A stretch of 64,000 nucleotides of DNA, from the IMG/VR virus record IMGVR_UViG_3300044826_000112; one strand, written 5' to 3'. The notes below the pieces were generated by a model. It worked only from the letters and a program-made list of their open reading frames with translations. It was not told the origin of the DNA and searched no databases. Source of the DNA: a virus. Of this stretch, positions 54,606-63,999 are shown piece after piece (positions within the stretch are counted from its first letter, which is position 1; each line of letters starts with the position of its first letter). Both the position numbers and the translations under genes were made by a program.

Positions 54606-55067
54606 TTACCAGTTCGGGAACGTCGCATAGTCCGAGTGGACCATGTTCCAACCGTTCTCCATGTTCATGTGGATCTTGAGCTCTTTAGCCTTACGCTGGA
54701 ACTCTTGGCCGTAGAAGCCCATGAGTTGCTCGTAGTACTGGTAACGCTCTTCGATCGGGATAGTAAGTCCGCCGTCAGTGTACGACATTTGGTTACGAGC
54801 CGATAGAGCTACTTGACCCTTGAAGAGATTGTAGCAGGTACCATCTAGCAACACTGACAGAGATGGGAAGTCCCGCCCCTGGAACATCGTTGCTGGAGAC
54901 ATCGTGTTGTAATCCGAGATCGCCATCTTCATAGCCAGAAGAATGCGGTTGTCGGAGAACTCGATGCTATCTAAAAGGTGGTTGTCCTGCACGGAATCAG
55001 AGAGGTACGTACGTACCTCCTCTGGGGTTAGGATAACTCCATCAAGACTCGGATTAGTTGCACTCAT
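54606..55067 (-). CDS. Putative head-tail adaptor protein
   Basis: VRTYLSD....HLL...EFSD, RNQMSYTDGG; position. Confidence 0.6.
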   Translation of the reverse strand: MSATNPSLDGVILTPEEVRTYLSDSVQDNHLLDSIEFSDNRILLAMKMAISDYNTMSPATMFQGRDFPSLSVLLDGTCYNLFKGQVALSARNQMSYTDGGLTIPIEERYQYYEQLMGFYGQEFQRKAKELKIHMNMENGWNMVHSDYATFPNW

Positions 55068-55074
55068 ATGATCC

Positions 55075-55728
55075 TCACTTGCTAGACAGCATGCCAGATA
55101 GCTTGTATGACAGCAGCTGCATATCCAATTTGTACTCAGGATGCTTCTTGTCTTCGATGTCGTCAGCCCATTGGGTCATAACCAGACCTACTAGACGTTC
55201 GTCATCTGGAGAGCTAATTGGGCAGATCCCGAGAGATCCGACGCCATTAGAAGACATCCAGTCAGTGATCGACGGCGTGGCATACGTGTTGAATGTCGGA
55301 TCGACGAACACACATTTGCCTTCAAGGAGTGGGCCCCAGTCACCGGCTAGAAGGGATGTAGGTAGGTTTTGAGTATCCAGGAGGATCTTTGCAAAACCTG
55401 GCTTCACAACTTCGTAGCTCGAGGAGATGTACGCGAAGTGCACTCCTGAGGCGTTTACCTTGCCGTTATGCAGCTCGAAGATCATGACGCGATCCGCATC
55501 GATCTTGGTCTGCAGGGTTAGGATAGCCGAGGTGATCGGACCATCCATTTTGATTCTATTCTCCATGGAGATGTAGGCATCCATCGAGTCAACATAACGC
55601 TGAGCAATTGGGAATACCAGGTACCCCACTGTCAGGAACGTAACGAAGAAAGCTACGATGAAGGCTCGTTTCCAGGAATCAATAGCCCCTAAGATAGGGG
55701 AGATTACACTGATAATGTGTTGCCACAT
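55075..55728 (-). CDS. Single-TM protein with GAF-like domain (T4 holin T-like architecture)
   Basis: TM AFIVAFFVTFLTVGYLVFPIA, then DADRVMIFELHNG ... SLGICPI ... LVGLV. Confidence 0.5.
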   Translation of the reverse strand: MWQHIISVISPILGAIDSWKRAFIVAFFVTFLTVGYLVFPIAQRYVDSMDAYISMENRIKMDGPITSAILTLQTKIDADRVMIFELHNGKVNASGVHFAYISSSYEVVKPGFAKILLDTQNLPTSLLAGDWGPLLEGKCVFVDPTFNTYATPSITDWMSSNGVGSLGICPISSPDDERLVGLVMTQWADDIEDKKHPEYKLDMQLLSYKLSGMLSSK

Positions 55729-55735
55729 CAGAACC

Positions 55736-56089
55736 TCACTTAAGAGGGTCGTGGCCCCAAATGTACAGAGACATAGCCTTACGAGTAAGACTACCCTTTC
55801 CGTCCATCAAGGGGCCTTGAACCCCTCTCATTCTCTTGATGAAGCGAATCTGCCGGTTAGCCCATTCTCACTCATCTTCAGTCCACTGCTCGGGAGGAAC
55901 CTGCTTCATCTTGATGATGTTCCTGGCAGATTCTCTCCCGGACTTAATGCTTAAGGATTTGGCGGCTAATCTGCTCAACCCACTCTTTTGCCCAAGAGGA
56001 GAGTCGTAATACTCTTGCAGCTCGTTGTCCGTCATGTTGACTAGGCGGAGCCATTCCTCGTATGTAGCCTTCTGGGAGTCGGTTAGCAT
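55736..56089 (-). pseudogene. DUF3140-like gene interrupted by an in-frame TGA (pseudogene or readthrough)
   Basis: LVNMT..EL, SGRESARNII before TGA 55868-55870; same frame continues EWANRQIRFIKR...SLYIWGHDPLK to TGA 55736. Confidence 0.7.
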
Positions 56090-56100
56090 ACTAGCTCCTA

Positions 56101-56421
56101 TTACTCAGCAGCCTTCTTTGCAGCTGGCTTGCGAGTCTTAGGTGCCGGGGCCTCTACCTTCGGTTCTTCTGCAGGCTTCTCTTCAGCCTTAGGCTCTTCT
56201 ACTGGCTTTTCAGCCGGCTTGACTGGAGCCACGTCGATCACCTGCTTCTCCATCCATGCATAGAAGCTCTGACCGCGGTCATACAGATCACCGTTAGGGA
56301 GAATCACGCCGTCCTTTTGAGAGACGAAGTGAGCAGGATCACCTGCATACATGACCACAGTGCCATCTTCCAGACCCTTCTTCAGGTACTCAATTACGCT
56401 TTCGCTTTGGTAAATTGCCAT
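56101..56421 (-). CDS. Hypothetical protein with P/E/K/A-rich tail
   Basis: AGGAG RBS; low-complexity C-terminus. Confidence 0.7.
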   Translation of the reverse strand: MAIYQSESVIEYLKKGLEDGTVVMYAGDPAHFVSQKDGVILPNGDLYDRGQSFYAWMEKQVIDVAPVKPAEKPVEEPKAEEKPAEEPKVEAPAPKTRKPAAKKAAE

Positions 56422-56469
56422 TGGGGAAATCTCCTATTGTAAATGACTACTAGTATTTTACGCACAAAC

Positions 56470-56497
56470 AAAAAGGGCCCCCGGAGGGGCCCTTTTT
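56470..56497 (-). terminator. Terminator after major capsid gene
   Basis: AAAAAGGGCCCC-TCCG-GGGGCCCTTTTT on - strand. Confidence 0.85.
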
Positions 56498-56507
56498 AGG
56501 GGTTGGC

Positions 56508-57425
56508 TTAGCCTTCGATGGAGCCGAGTACGAAGCCCTTGACGTTACCGATACCGATACCGATGGACTCGTAAGTTTCGAACTCGATCATGTCCGCTTC
56601 GGCCTTCAGGAACACAGTCGGTTCTTGCAGGCTGTAGAACTGGCCAAGGTAAGCTTCTGGAGCGAAGACCGCTACCAGGTCGCCCTTCTTGACGCCGTCA
56701 GAGGACAGGATGCTGGCCTTGTTGGAGGTCACGATGTCGAAACCGTAGAAACCTTCCATGGAACCAGACTTGAAGTGCTCGGATGCCACAGCATCACCCA
56801 GCTGGGTAGCAGGTTCGCGAAGCATGGTCAGATACAGCTGATGGGACATCAGGATCTTGGACGGCTTCTGCTCGTCAGTTACCAGAACCTTCACCAGGTT
56901 CATCAGCTTGTCAGTGACACGGTCACCGGTAGGCTTAACGAACGCTTCACCGCGGGATTCGGTCTGAATTGCCTTCAGGCCGGCGATGAAGTTCTCGTCT
57001 TCCTGCTTCTGGATGTCCTTCACGCTGTTGTCTTGCAGGATCTGACGGATGTCAGTCTTGTAAGTAGCCAGCTCGAACTTGGACTTCTTGAAACGCTGGG
57101 AAGAGATCTTGTAGAACGGAACTTCGTAGCGGGAACCACGGAAGTAACGTACTTCAGTCTTACCAGACAGGGACATGCTTGCTGCCACGGAGTCCGGTTC
57201 CTTTTCGACGATCACACGAGGTTGGTCGTCCAGGCCGCGGTCCAGGTCAGACGCAGTGATGGTCTGAGGCTGCATGATCTTACGGGTGAACCCGTCTTCA
57301 CGTAGCTTTTGGCGAACGAATGCAGACATAGCTGCACCAGCTTCCTTCTCCAGGCCCTGGTCGATCTTGTCGATGAAGGCTTGGTTCAGGAATTGTACGT
57401 TCATAGTTTCAACGTTGTAGCTCAT
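56508..57425 (-). CDS. Major capsid protein
   Basis: 305 aa, strongly biased codons, downstream of protease/scaffold genes, KLREDGFTRKI, strong terminator. Confidence 0.75.
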   Translation of the reverse strand: MSYNVETMNVQFLNQAFIDKIDQGLEKEAGAAMSAFVRQKLREDGFTRKIMQPQTITASDLDRGLDDQPRVIVEKEPDSVAASMSLSGKTEVRYFRGSRYEVPFYKISSQRFKKSKFELATYKTDIRQILQDNSVKDIQKQEDENFIAGLKAIQTESRGEAFVKPTGDRVTDKLMNLVKVLVTDEQKPSKILMSHQLYLTMLREPATQLGDAVASEHFKSGSMEGFYGFDIVTSNKASILSSDGVKKGDLVAVFAPEAYLGQFYSLQEPTVFLKAEADMIEFETYESIGIGIGNVKGFVLGSIEG

Positions 57426-57437
57426 CTTATTCTCCTA

Positions 57438-57923
57438 TTAGCGTACCAGAACAACCAGAGCCTTCTTGCCGTCGGCAAGAGTGTCTACTTCCAGCACGTG
57501 GCCCAGAACTGGGGTGGAACCGTCGCCGGCACCCTTAGCCAGGGTAGCAGATGCGTTAGCGTAGACTTCGTCGCCCGGGGCGAACACGTCGTCTTGCTTG
57601 AAGTTGTTGGTACGAACAACGTAGTGACCCCACAGGACGATACATTTGTTACCACCACCAACTACTTTGGTGCCATCACCAGCAGCAATGCCACCAGTTA
57701 CACGTACAGATTTGTCGTCCACGGGTCCGCGAACAACGATACCGACCTTACCGGCACCGGCAGGGGCAGATACTTTGGCAACCTTTGCCCCGGCTACCAT
57801 CTTAACCAGATCACCATTGGTGATAGTGGCGTCATCGGTAGCGTAGTTAAGGTCCAGAGCACCTTCTTGAGGCCATCCACGCAGGAACTCGGCACGGTAT
57901 TCAAGATTTTGCAGTCTGCTCAT
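57438..57923 (-). CDS. Putative capsid decoration/stabilising protein
   Basis: 161 aa Gly-rich beta protein directly upstream of MCP. Confidence 0.6.
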   Translation of the reverse strand: MSRLQNLEYRAEFLRGWPQEGALDLNYATDDATITNGDLVKMVAGAKVAKVSAPAGAGKVGIVVRGPVDDKSVRVTGGIAAGDGTKVVGGGNKCIVLWGHYVVRTNNFKQDDVFAPGDEVYANASATLAKGAGDGSTPVLGHVLEVDTLADGKKALVVLVR

Positions 57924-57940
57924 CTCGTTTTATCTCCTGA

Positions 57941-58462
57941 TTAATTCATTAGGAATTCAAGTAAAGCGTCACCGCCTCGAGATGGGATGCTGGATGCAGA
58001 TCCAATCTCCCACGGGCTGCCGCTGGTACTGCTAGCAATCTTCTTCAGAGTGCCTTCTGACAGAGAGTTTAACTCATCCAGTTCGCCTTGGCCGAGATGT
58101 AGGTTTTTTGCCAGTACATTCAGTTCAGGTGACACGTTAGCCTTCTTCTCCATGTCAGAGATTTTAGCTTGTGCTGAGTTAAGTTTAGCTTCCAGTTCGT
58201 CGATGTATGCTGCAGTCTTTTCCAGTACCTGGACTTCTGTACGAAGTTCAGCAACCTTCTGCATCATTTTATCCGATTCTGGGGCTACTTGGGCTTTCAG
58301 GCCATCGAGAACTTCAGAAGCAACAGCTTCTTCCATTCCGCCCTCTACCAGAGAGTTTACTGCAGCCTGCTTGATCAGGGCAAAATTGTTGCCTTCTTCA
58401 AGTGCTGCGGCACGCTGTTCCAAATCGTTAGCATGGTTACGAAGGATTTGGCTAAAAGTCAT
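57941..58462 (-). CDS. K-x-A-rich coiled-coil scaffold/core protein
   Basis: KQA, KVA, KTA, KKA, KIA motifs. Confidence 0.65.
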   Translation of the reverse strand: MTFSQILRNHANDLEQRAAALEEGNNFALIKQAAVNSLVEGGMEEAVASEVLDGLKAQVAPESDKMMQKVAELRTEVQVLEKTAAYIDELEAKLNSAQAKISDMEKKANVSPELNVLAKNLHLGQGELDELNSLSEGTLKKIASSTSGSPWEIGSASSIPSRGGDALLEFLMN

Positions 58463-58845
58463 TTTAACTCTCCGTTCTTACGCTGCTGTTTGATTCCGCC
58501 GTGTTCGCCGATCAAGTTGTTAACCTTACGGTCTACTGCTGCTGTGACGAAGTGAGCTCCGACACCTGCTGCTGCACCTGATCCGACTACTTTGGCGATC
58601 TTCTTGGCTGACGCCGCAAGATTAGCAGCTCGTTTCTGCATCCCATCCTTCACGCCTTCGTTATAAGCGTCAAGTTGGGATTTACGAGTGCCCTCGAGGC
58701 CGCCAGTAAAGTATCCGATACCCGCTCCGGTTACAGCTCCGGCCGGAGATACCTTTTTGATGGTCTTTTTCACACCATCAAGTTTACCCTTAGCAGTGCC
58801 GTAAAGGCCCTTGGCTTTGGATACTAGGCTAGATACATTCGGCAT
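58459..58845 (-). CDS. Basic putative internal head protein
   Basis: Lys/Gly/Ala-rich; KRA, KIA. Confidence 0.6.
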   Translation of the reverse strand: MPNVSSLVSKAKGLYGTAKGKLDGVKKTIKKVSPAGAVTGAGIGYFTGGLEGTRKSQLDAYNEGVKDGMQKRAANLAASAKKIAKVVGSGAAAGVGAHFVTAAVDRKVNNLIGEHGGIKQQRKNGELK

Positions 58846-58855
58846 GTTTACCTCG

Positions 58856-58876
58856 AAAGGCCCCCGGAGGGGCCTT
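58856..58876 (-). terminator. Hairpin/terminator
   Basis: AAGGCCCC-TCCG-GGGGCCTTT on - strand. Confidence 0.65.
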
Positions 58877-58884
58877 AGTGATGA

Positions 58885-59814
58885 TTACTGAGCTTTCTTC
58901 TTGCGGTTGTAGGCGTAAGCACCTGCACCGGCAGCACCAGCAGCTACGCCACCAGCGATTGCAGCCTTAGCAGCACGGCCAAGACCCTTCTTGCCCGGGA
59001 TTACCGCAGGCAGGGCCTTCTTAACTACTGCCGGCAGAGCAGCAGCTTGCTTAACCAGCTCAGCTGCTTCTTCGAAGTCGATGCCTTCGGAGACCAGTTG
59101 TGCTACAGCAGCGGACTTCTCGATGTCGGTATAGTCACCTTCAACTTCTTCACCGAACAGTTCGGCGGAAGCTTGCTTGACCAGCTCAGCAGCGTCTTCG
59201 AAATCGACGCCTTCAGCGATCAGAGCGTCGAAGGCAGCAGCCTTTTCCAGCTCGATGGACAGGATGTCAGAAGCCTGCTTAACCAGCTCAACAGCTTCGT
59301 CGAAAGCAACGCCTTCACCGATCAGAGCATGGATAGCTTCGGAAGCTTCCTTGGACAGGTTGGAGGCAACAGGGGTACCTTCGTACTGCTCTTTACCTTC
59401 GGCCGCAGCTTCGTCGAAGCCTGGCTCTTGTACGCCACCTTCAGCAGCACCACGCTCCAGGAGAGCCTTGGCTACTTCGGTAACAGTCTTGCCTTCGCGA
59501 GGAGTCGCTTGATCACGCTTCTCGTCGTCAGCTACCATTTGGTTCAGGTCAGCTTGAACCATGTTCTCGGCTTGCTTGTTCATGCCACCGATTTGGGCCA
59601 GGATAGCTTCGGCAATGCTGGAACCCAGTGCGTTTTCTTTGCTCATGTTAGGAGTCTCTCCGTTCACTTCAGATGCTTGTTTGGTCAGAAGGTTTTGAAG
59701 CTGATCAGCAGCGGATTCAGAACCCGCAGCGTCCGACGCTTCCTTGTTTAGCCCTTGCTCGTCGGCAACTTGCAGGCCTTCAAGCAGTTTCTCTAGGCTA
59801 AGTGGTTGATCCAT
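58885..59814 (-). CDS. Acidic scaffold/core protein with three internal repeats
   Basis: Three L..EG..F..A.ELVKQA repeats; many K-x-A motifs; basic C-terminus. Confidence 0.7.
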   Translation of the reverse strand: MDQPLSLEKLLEGLQVADEQGLNKEASDAAGSESAADQLQNLLTKQASEVNGETPNMSKENALGSSIAEAILAQIGGMNKQAENMVQADLNQMVADDEKRDQATPREGKTVTEVAKALLERGAAEGGVQEPGFDEAAAEGKEQYEGTPVASNLSKEASEAIHALIGEGVAFDEAVELVKQASDILSIELEKAAAFDALIAEGVDFEDAAELVKQASAELFGEEVEGDYTDIEKSAAVAQLVSEGIDFEEAAELVKQAAALPAVVKKALPAVIPGKKGLGRAAKAAIAGGVAAGAAGAGAYAYNRKKKAQ

Positions 59815-59818
59815 GACG

Positions 59819-61309
59819 TTATCCTCTACGTTTTCTGTCCGCTTTTGCGAATTCTCGCTCCACGGAACTATTCATAAGTTTAGCCGTAATAGATGCACTC
59901 TTGGTAAAAGAGTTACCTACAGATGATTTTAGCCAACTTTGTGCTTTCTCTAGTTTACTTTGAACCAGGGAGTTGATGACATATTTCAGCACCAACGCAC
60001 TTCCAGCTACAGTCAGAAGCAATTTTAAACCGCTCGGCTGCTCTACTGGGGCTGCAATCACCGGCTTCTCGATTGGCTTTCTGCCAGGTTCGAAGTTAGT
60101 GTATCCCGTAGGACGGGTAGGTGGAGGCATTACGTACGTGGCAGCACGCTTTTCCACTACACTTGGAGCCAACGATGACCCTTCAATGAATTTGGTAAGC
60201 AGCTTAACCAGTAACGGGTTGGCTTCCTTTTCTTCCACCTGAGGAACTAGAATGAAGTGTTCTTGAGTCAGTGCCTCCGGTCCCATCTCTAGCAGGATCT
60301 TGATTGCCTCTACACCTAAGTGGGAGTGCTCATGACCTGCACCTTTGGATACTAGCAGGGTAGCTAGGAACTCTAAGGATGGGGAGATGCCCAACTCAGC
60401 GAACGCATTCGCTAAATCCTCGACAGAATATTGGCACAGTACAGGGATAATGTCCATATCCGGATCAACTACGCGATCTAGAATGGTATCCAAATTCTCT
60501 GCACCAGCTGCAACCTCACCGTCGATATGCTTGATCAGGTCGGCGACCTTCTCAACGGCAATCTTCTTGAGACTTGCAGACTTTACTCGACCCTCGAACT
60601 GTACACCTTCCATCTCAGCCTGCTCGACAGAGCCGATGGCTGATACGTCAGATGCCACCTTCTGAAGTACAGAAGAGGTGACGTCTGCAGGGCGGATAAC
60701 GATGGAGATGTCGAAGAACTTCAGCGGACCGACGTTCAGGGACATAACCTTGCGACCATCCGGCAGGAGTTCGTTCAGGTGGTTGTTCAAGTGCTCACAG
60801 TACATGCTACGAGAGGTAGCCTTGTTACCGCAAACACTGCAGACGTCGAACGGCGTATGGCATGCCATCGAGGTCATTGGGAAGTCGCCAGCCATGATCC
60901 GGGAGTACTCGGCAGAGGCTTTAGTCTTATCGACCTCGGCTACTAGTTCCACACGGTGCATGCGTGGGTTGTAGTACGAGAAGATTACCTTACCGATGGC
61001 AATCGCTGGATCTTTGTTGACGTGGTGACGGAAGACGTGTGCGGGAGATGTTTCGAACGTCTTGTGCCACTTGATAAGCTGAGATTCTGGGAAGTAGTCG
61101 CCGTTACGGTTGGACCCATACCACTCACCTGCCCCCATCGCATTGATGTGCAGGTAGAAGAACCCTTCTCTCGGCTCGATGGCCTTAACGAAATCATCGA
61201 TCTCCGCCGCAGCTGCTTCCTTAGTTAGCCCACCATCTTCCTGGAATAGCAGACGGACTTGCATCTCGTCTTCTTGGAAGAAAGATTGACTATCAAGCAG
61301 TTTATCCAT
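59819..61309 (-). CDS. Prohead maturation protease
   Basis: NRNGDYF, FRHHVNKDP..AIGKV, TSMAC, CSVCG..CEHL, FFDISIV..PAD. Confidence 0.75.
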   Translation of the reverse strand: MDKLLDSQSFFQEDEMQVRLLFQEDGGLTKEAAAAEIDDFVKAIEPREGFFYLHINAMGAGEWYGSNRNGDYFPESQLIKWHKTFETSPAHVFRHHVNKDPAIAIGKVIFSYYNPRMHRVELVAEVDKTKASAEYSRIMAGDFPMTSMACHTPFDVCSVCGNKATSRSMYCEHLNNHLNELLPDGRKVMSLNVGPLKFFDISIVIRPADVTSSVLQKVASDVSAIGSVEQAEMEGVQFEGRVKSASLKKIAVEKVADLIKHIDGEVAAGAENLDTILDRVVDPDMDIIPVLCQYSVEDLANAFAELGISPSLEFLATLLVSKGAGHEHSHLGVEAIKILLEMGPEALTQEHFILVPQVEEKEANPLLVKLLTKFIEGSSLAPSVVEKRAATYVMPPPTRPTGYTNFEPGRKPIEKPVIAAPVEQPSGLKLLLTVAGSALVLKYVINSLVQSKLEKAQSWLKSSVGNSFTKSASITAKLMNSSVEREFAKADRKRRG

Positions 61310-61328
61310 TGGAGACTCCTATAGGGAT

Positions 61329-61348
61329 GAAGGCCCCGAAGGGCCTTC
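61329..61348 (-). terminator. Hairpin/terminator
   Basis: GAAGGCCC-TTCG-GGGCCTTC on - strand. Confidence 0.65.
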
Positions 61349-61354
61349 TTGGGA

Positions 61355-61957
61355 TTACATGGTCAGGTTCTTCGGACGGAAGTCACCCTTACCATCCTTC
61401 ATACGTGCTTCGAGGTCTGCCAGGGTACGAAGAGTCTGGAGGTCCATAGTCTCGTAGTGAACAGCACCATCAAGCACATTCTGCAGGATGTTCGGGTCCT
61501 GGGCAACAGTCGGAGCGATGTTATAGATGGTATCGCCCAGACGCTTAACCTTAGCAGGATCCTGGCCGGACAGAGTTTCGGAGTGAGCGATGGCTTGAGC
61601 CAGAGCACGCTCGTACTTAGCCTTGTCGGCCATACTGGAAACTGCCTTCACGGCAGATACCGCGGCCAGAGCACCTAGGCCCAGACCAAGAGCACCGATA
61701 CCGGTACCCAGAGAGTTACCCAGACCCTTGGCAGCAGCTTCACCGGCATGCATACCGCCAGAGTGACGCAGAGCATCACCTACGCCACGCATGAAGGATT
61801 CCGGGCCGAAGGATGCTTGCTTCTCAATCTCTTCGATGGCTGCATCGATGAAAGTCTTGTGTTCATCGGTCAGCTCTTCGACGCTGGCCTGCTTCTTCAG
61901 ACCAACTTCCAGCTCACCGCGAACGGACGCCAGCAGATCTTGTAGTTCTTGATTCAT
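61355..61957 (-). CDS. K-x-A-containing virion protein with hydrophobic segment
   Basis: Two KQAS motifs; Gly/Ala TM-like stretch. Confidence 0.65.
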   Translation of the reverse strand: MNQELQDLLASVRGELEVGLKKQASVEELTDEHKTFIDAAIEEIEKQASFGPESFMRGVGDALRHSGGMHAGEAAAKGLGNSLGTGIGALGLGLGALAAVSAVKAVSSMADKAKYERALAQAIAHSETLSGQDPAKVKRLGDTIYNIAPTVAQDPNILQNVLDGAVHYETMDLQTLRTLADLEARMKDGKGDFRPKNLTM

Positions 61958-61966
61958 GATTACCTC

Positions 61967-62899
61967 TTAGCCGTGCAGGCTTTTCCAGACGTCATTGTTA
62001 GGACGGGCACCTTGGGAGATTTGTGCCACTTCCATACCAGCCATACCTAAGGTACCTACGCCACCTACTGCCTTAGCAGCACGGGCTACACCTGGAGAGA
62101 TGACCTTTTTCAGAGCACCGGCAGCTCGTAGAGCAGGTCCGATGAACGCCTCTTTGGTCATTCCGGTGTGCTGGGAGAGAACGGATGCAACCTTATCGAG
62201 GGTTGCTTCGGTTTCCTTTGTCTTGGCCACCAGGTCACGACTTTGGGAAACGCTTTCCTGTAAGGATTTTACATTCAAAACGTCTCCAGCAGGGAAGCTT
62301 CTCACACGAGAAGCGGCCTTCACGTGACCTAGTACCAGATGGCATAGCTCGGCGTACTGGTTAGGGTCGTCTTTGGCTACAAAGGCGATCTTCTCCATGA
62401 CGTCTTGATCACGACGCAGCTGTTCAGCCTGCTTGATCAGGTCTACCATGCTGTCTTGCTGGGCCATGTACAGGTCTTGGGCCTGTTTGACCAGCTTAGA
62501 GCACTCTGCACGCAGAGCTACCAGCATGTCCTTTTGGTCCATCTGCGGTTCTACCGGAGCAGATGCCTTCTTCTCCATCGGCTTAGTCAGCACGATAGCT
62601 AAAGGAGAGGGCTTGTAGGCAGAAGCTTGCTTCTCGACCCCAGGAGCTGCTGTGATGATGCTGATGACATCATCATAGTTAGCTGTCTGGAACTCGAAAG
62701 TGCGGTCATCTGCAGATGCCATCTTGCTCAGGTAGGCAATCTGGTTGCCAGCTTCGACAAGACGCTTCACTTGCTCGACATTCATGTCTTGGTCGCAAGC
62801 AATCTTGGCGATACCTTCGCTCATTGTGTGTACACCCGCGTTAGCACCGGCAACCACTTGGGCTGCCATCTGCTTAAGGGCTTCAGTTGTCAGATTCAT
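61967..62899 (-). CDS. K-x-A-rich virion core protein
   Basis: About ten K-x-A motifs; KIA....MN.EQVKRLVE..N. Confidence 0.65.
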   Translation of the reverse strand: MNLTTEALKQMAAQVVAGANAGVHTMSEGIAKIACDQDMNVEQVKRLVEAGNQIAYLSKMASADDRTFEFQTANYDDVISIITAAPGVEKQASAYKPSPLAIVLTKPMEKKASAPVEPQMDQKDMLVALRAECSKLVKQAQDLYMAQQDSMVDLIKQAEQLRRDQDVMEKIAFVAKDDPNQYAELCHLVLGHVKAASRVRSFPAGDVLNVKSLQESVSQSRDLVAKTKETEATLDKVASVLSQHTGMTKEAFIGPALRAAGALKKVISPGVARAAKAVGGVGTLGMAGMEVAQISQGARPNNDVWKSLHG

Positions 62900-63530
62900 T
62901 GTTCAAATCCTCGATAGATGGGAACTGGATATCATCACCAGTGAACTTCTGCAGTGCAATCTCAATGTCCTTCATCGCTTCTTCACCGTCGGTTACCCAC
63001 AGCTTCAGCAGACGAGCGATATCAGTTGCCTGTTTTGCCCACTTAATTCCTTCCTTCGACGCTTCCGCCGAGTTAGGGTTAAAGTATGCCTCTTTGCTCT
63101 TGTAGTAGCAGTCGGAGAATAGGCTGGTGAGGCCGGAAACCGGTGAAATGTTTACCGCGTTACCGAAACGCCACTCAATGAACTGCAGGCCCTGAGCGAG
63201 TGCCCACATCTTCATACCTTTCTCATAGCCATCCTTCACCCTTTCGATGTGGGACAGTTTCTGCAGCTTAGTCACTTCAGCTACATCAAAGTACACGTCC
63301 CGATACAGACGTACGCCGTCAACTGGAAGTTCCAGCAGTTCAGCGATGACATCCTCATCGTTAGATGCAAGTAGGGCTGCCTCTAGGAAAGACCGTTGAA
63401 TCTTATCCTTGTGGATAATCTCAATCAGGTCTACCAAGGACCGTTCTACTTTACCCTCAAGCAGAGCATCTACTAGAGGGTCGGCCTCCTTAGTGGAGGC
63501 CTTCCAGAGCTTGTATCTGTGATCAAACAT
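62883..63530 (-). CDS. Hypothetical protein
   Basis: ATG 63530; about 215 aa. Confidence 0.65.
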   Translation of the reverse strand: MFDHRYKLWKASTKEADPLVDALLEGKVERSLVDLIEIIHKDKIQRSFLEAALLASNDEDVIAELLELPVDGVRLYRDVYFDVAEVTKLQKLSHIERVKDGYEKGMKMWALAQGLQFIEWRFGNAVNISPVSGLTSLFSDCYYKSKEAYFNPNSAEASKEGIKWAKQATDIARLLKLWVTDGEEAMKDIEIALQKFTGDDIQFPSIEDLNNESDN

Positions 63531-63999
63531 CTCGTGACAGTTGTTCGAGGCGTACGCAGTTCTCACCTAGTGAACGGTAAGTGTTGCGGATAGCCGTAAT
63601 CAGGTCGCTCAGTGCTTCAGGATCCATGTCGTCGGACAGCTTGTCGGACTTCAGACGGGCCAGGAACAGGATACGTCCCATCTTGTCTACCGCCTGGAGG
63701 ATATCCGGCAGGTATTCACCGATGGTCTCGTACATGTCAGGGTCAGACAGCAGTTCTGACATGATAGTAGCTTCAACTACCTGCTTGTCCTTGGTGTCAG
63801 TCGCCTTGCGGATAGCCAGGTTGGCACCACGCAGACGCTGATCCTTATTACCGGTGTATGGCTCATCCGGAGAGATACGCTCACCGTACTGCGGCATCGG
63901 AGTTACACGTTGCTTCTCTGCAGACTTCTGCATAGGAGCGGACATGACGATCTCCACCTTACCCTTCTCTTCGGCAGACTTCATGAAGCGTTCAGCGTC
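63523..63999 (-). CDS. Hypothetical virion-cluster protein (5' end outside window)
   Basis: Frame is open to the window edge. Confidence 0.65.
   Translation of the reverse strand, partial: DAERFMKSAEEKGKVEIVMSAPMQKSAEKQRVTPMPQYGERISPDEPYTGNKDQRLRGANLAIRKATDTKDKQVVEATIMSELLSDPDMYETIGEYLPDILQAVDKMGRILFLARLKSDKLSDDMDPEALSDLITAIRNTYRSLGENCVRLEQLSRDV

Noticed and set aside
55868-55870. Genome-wide TGA-to-Trp recoding
   Set aside because: nrdB, the RT and many ATGA-coupled genes end properly at TGA.
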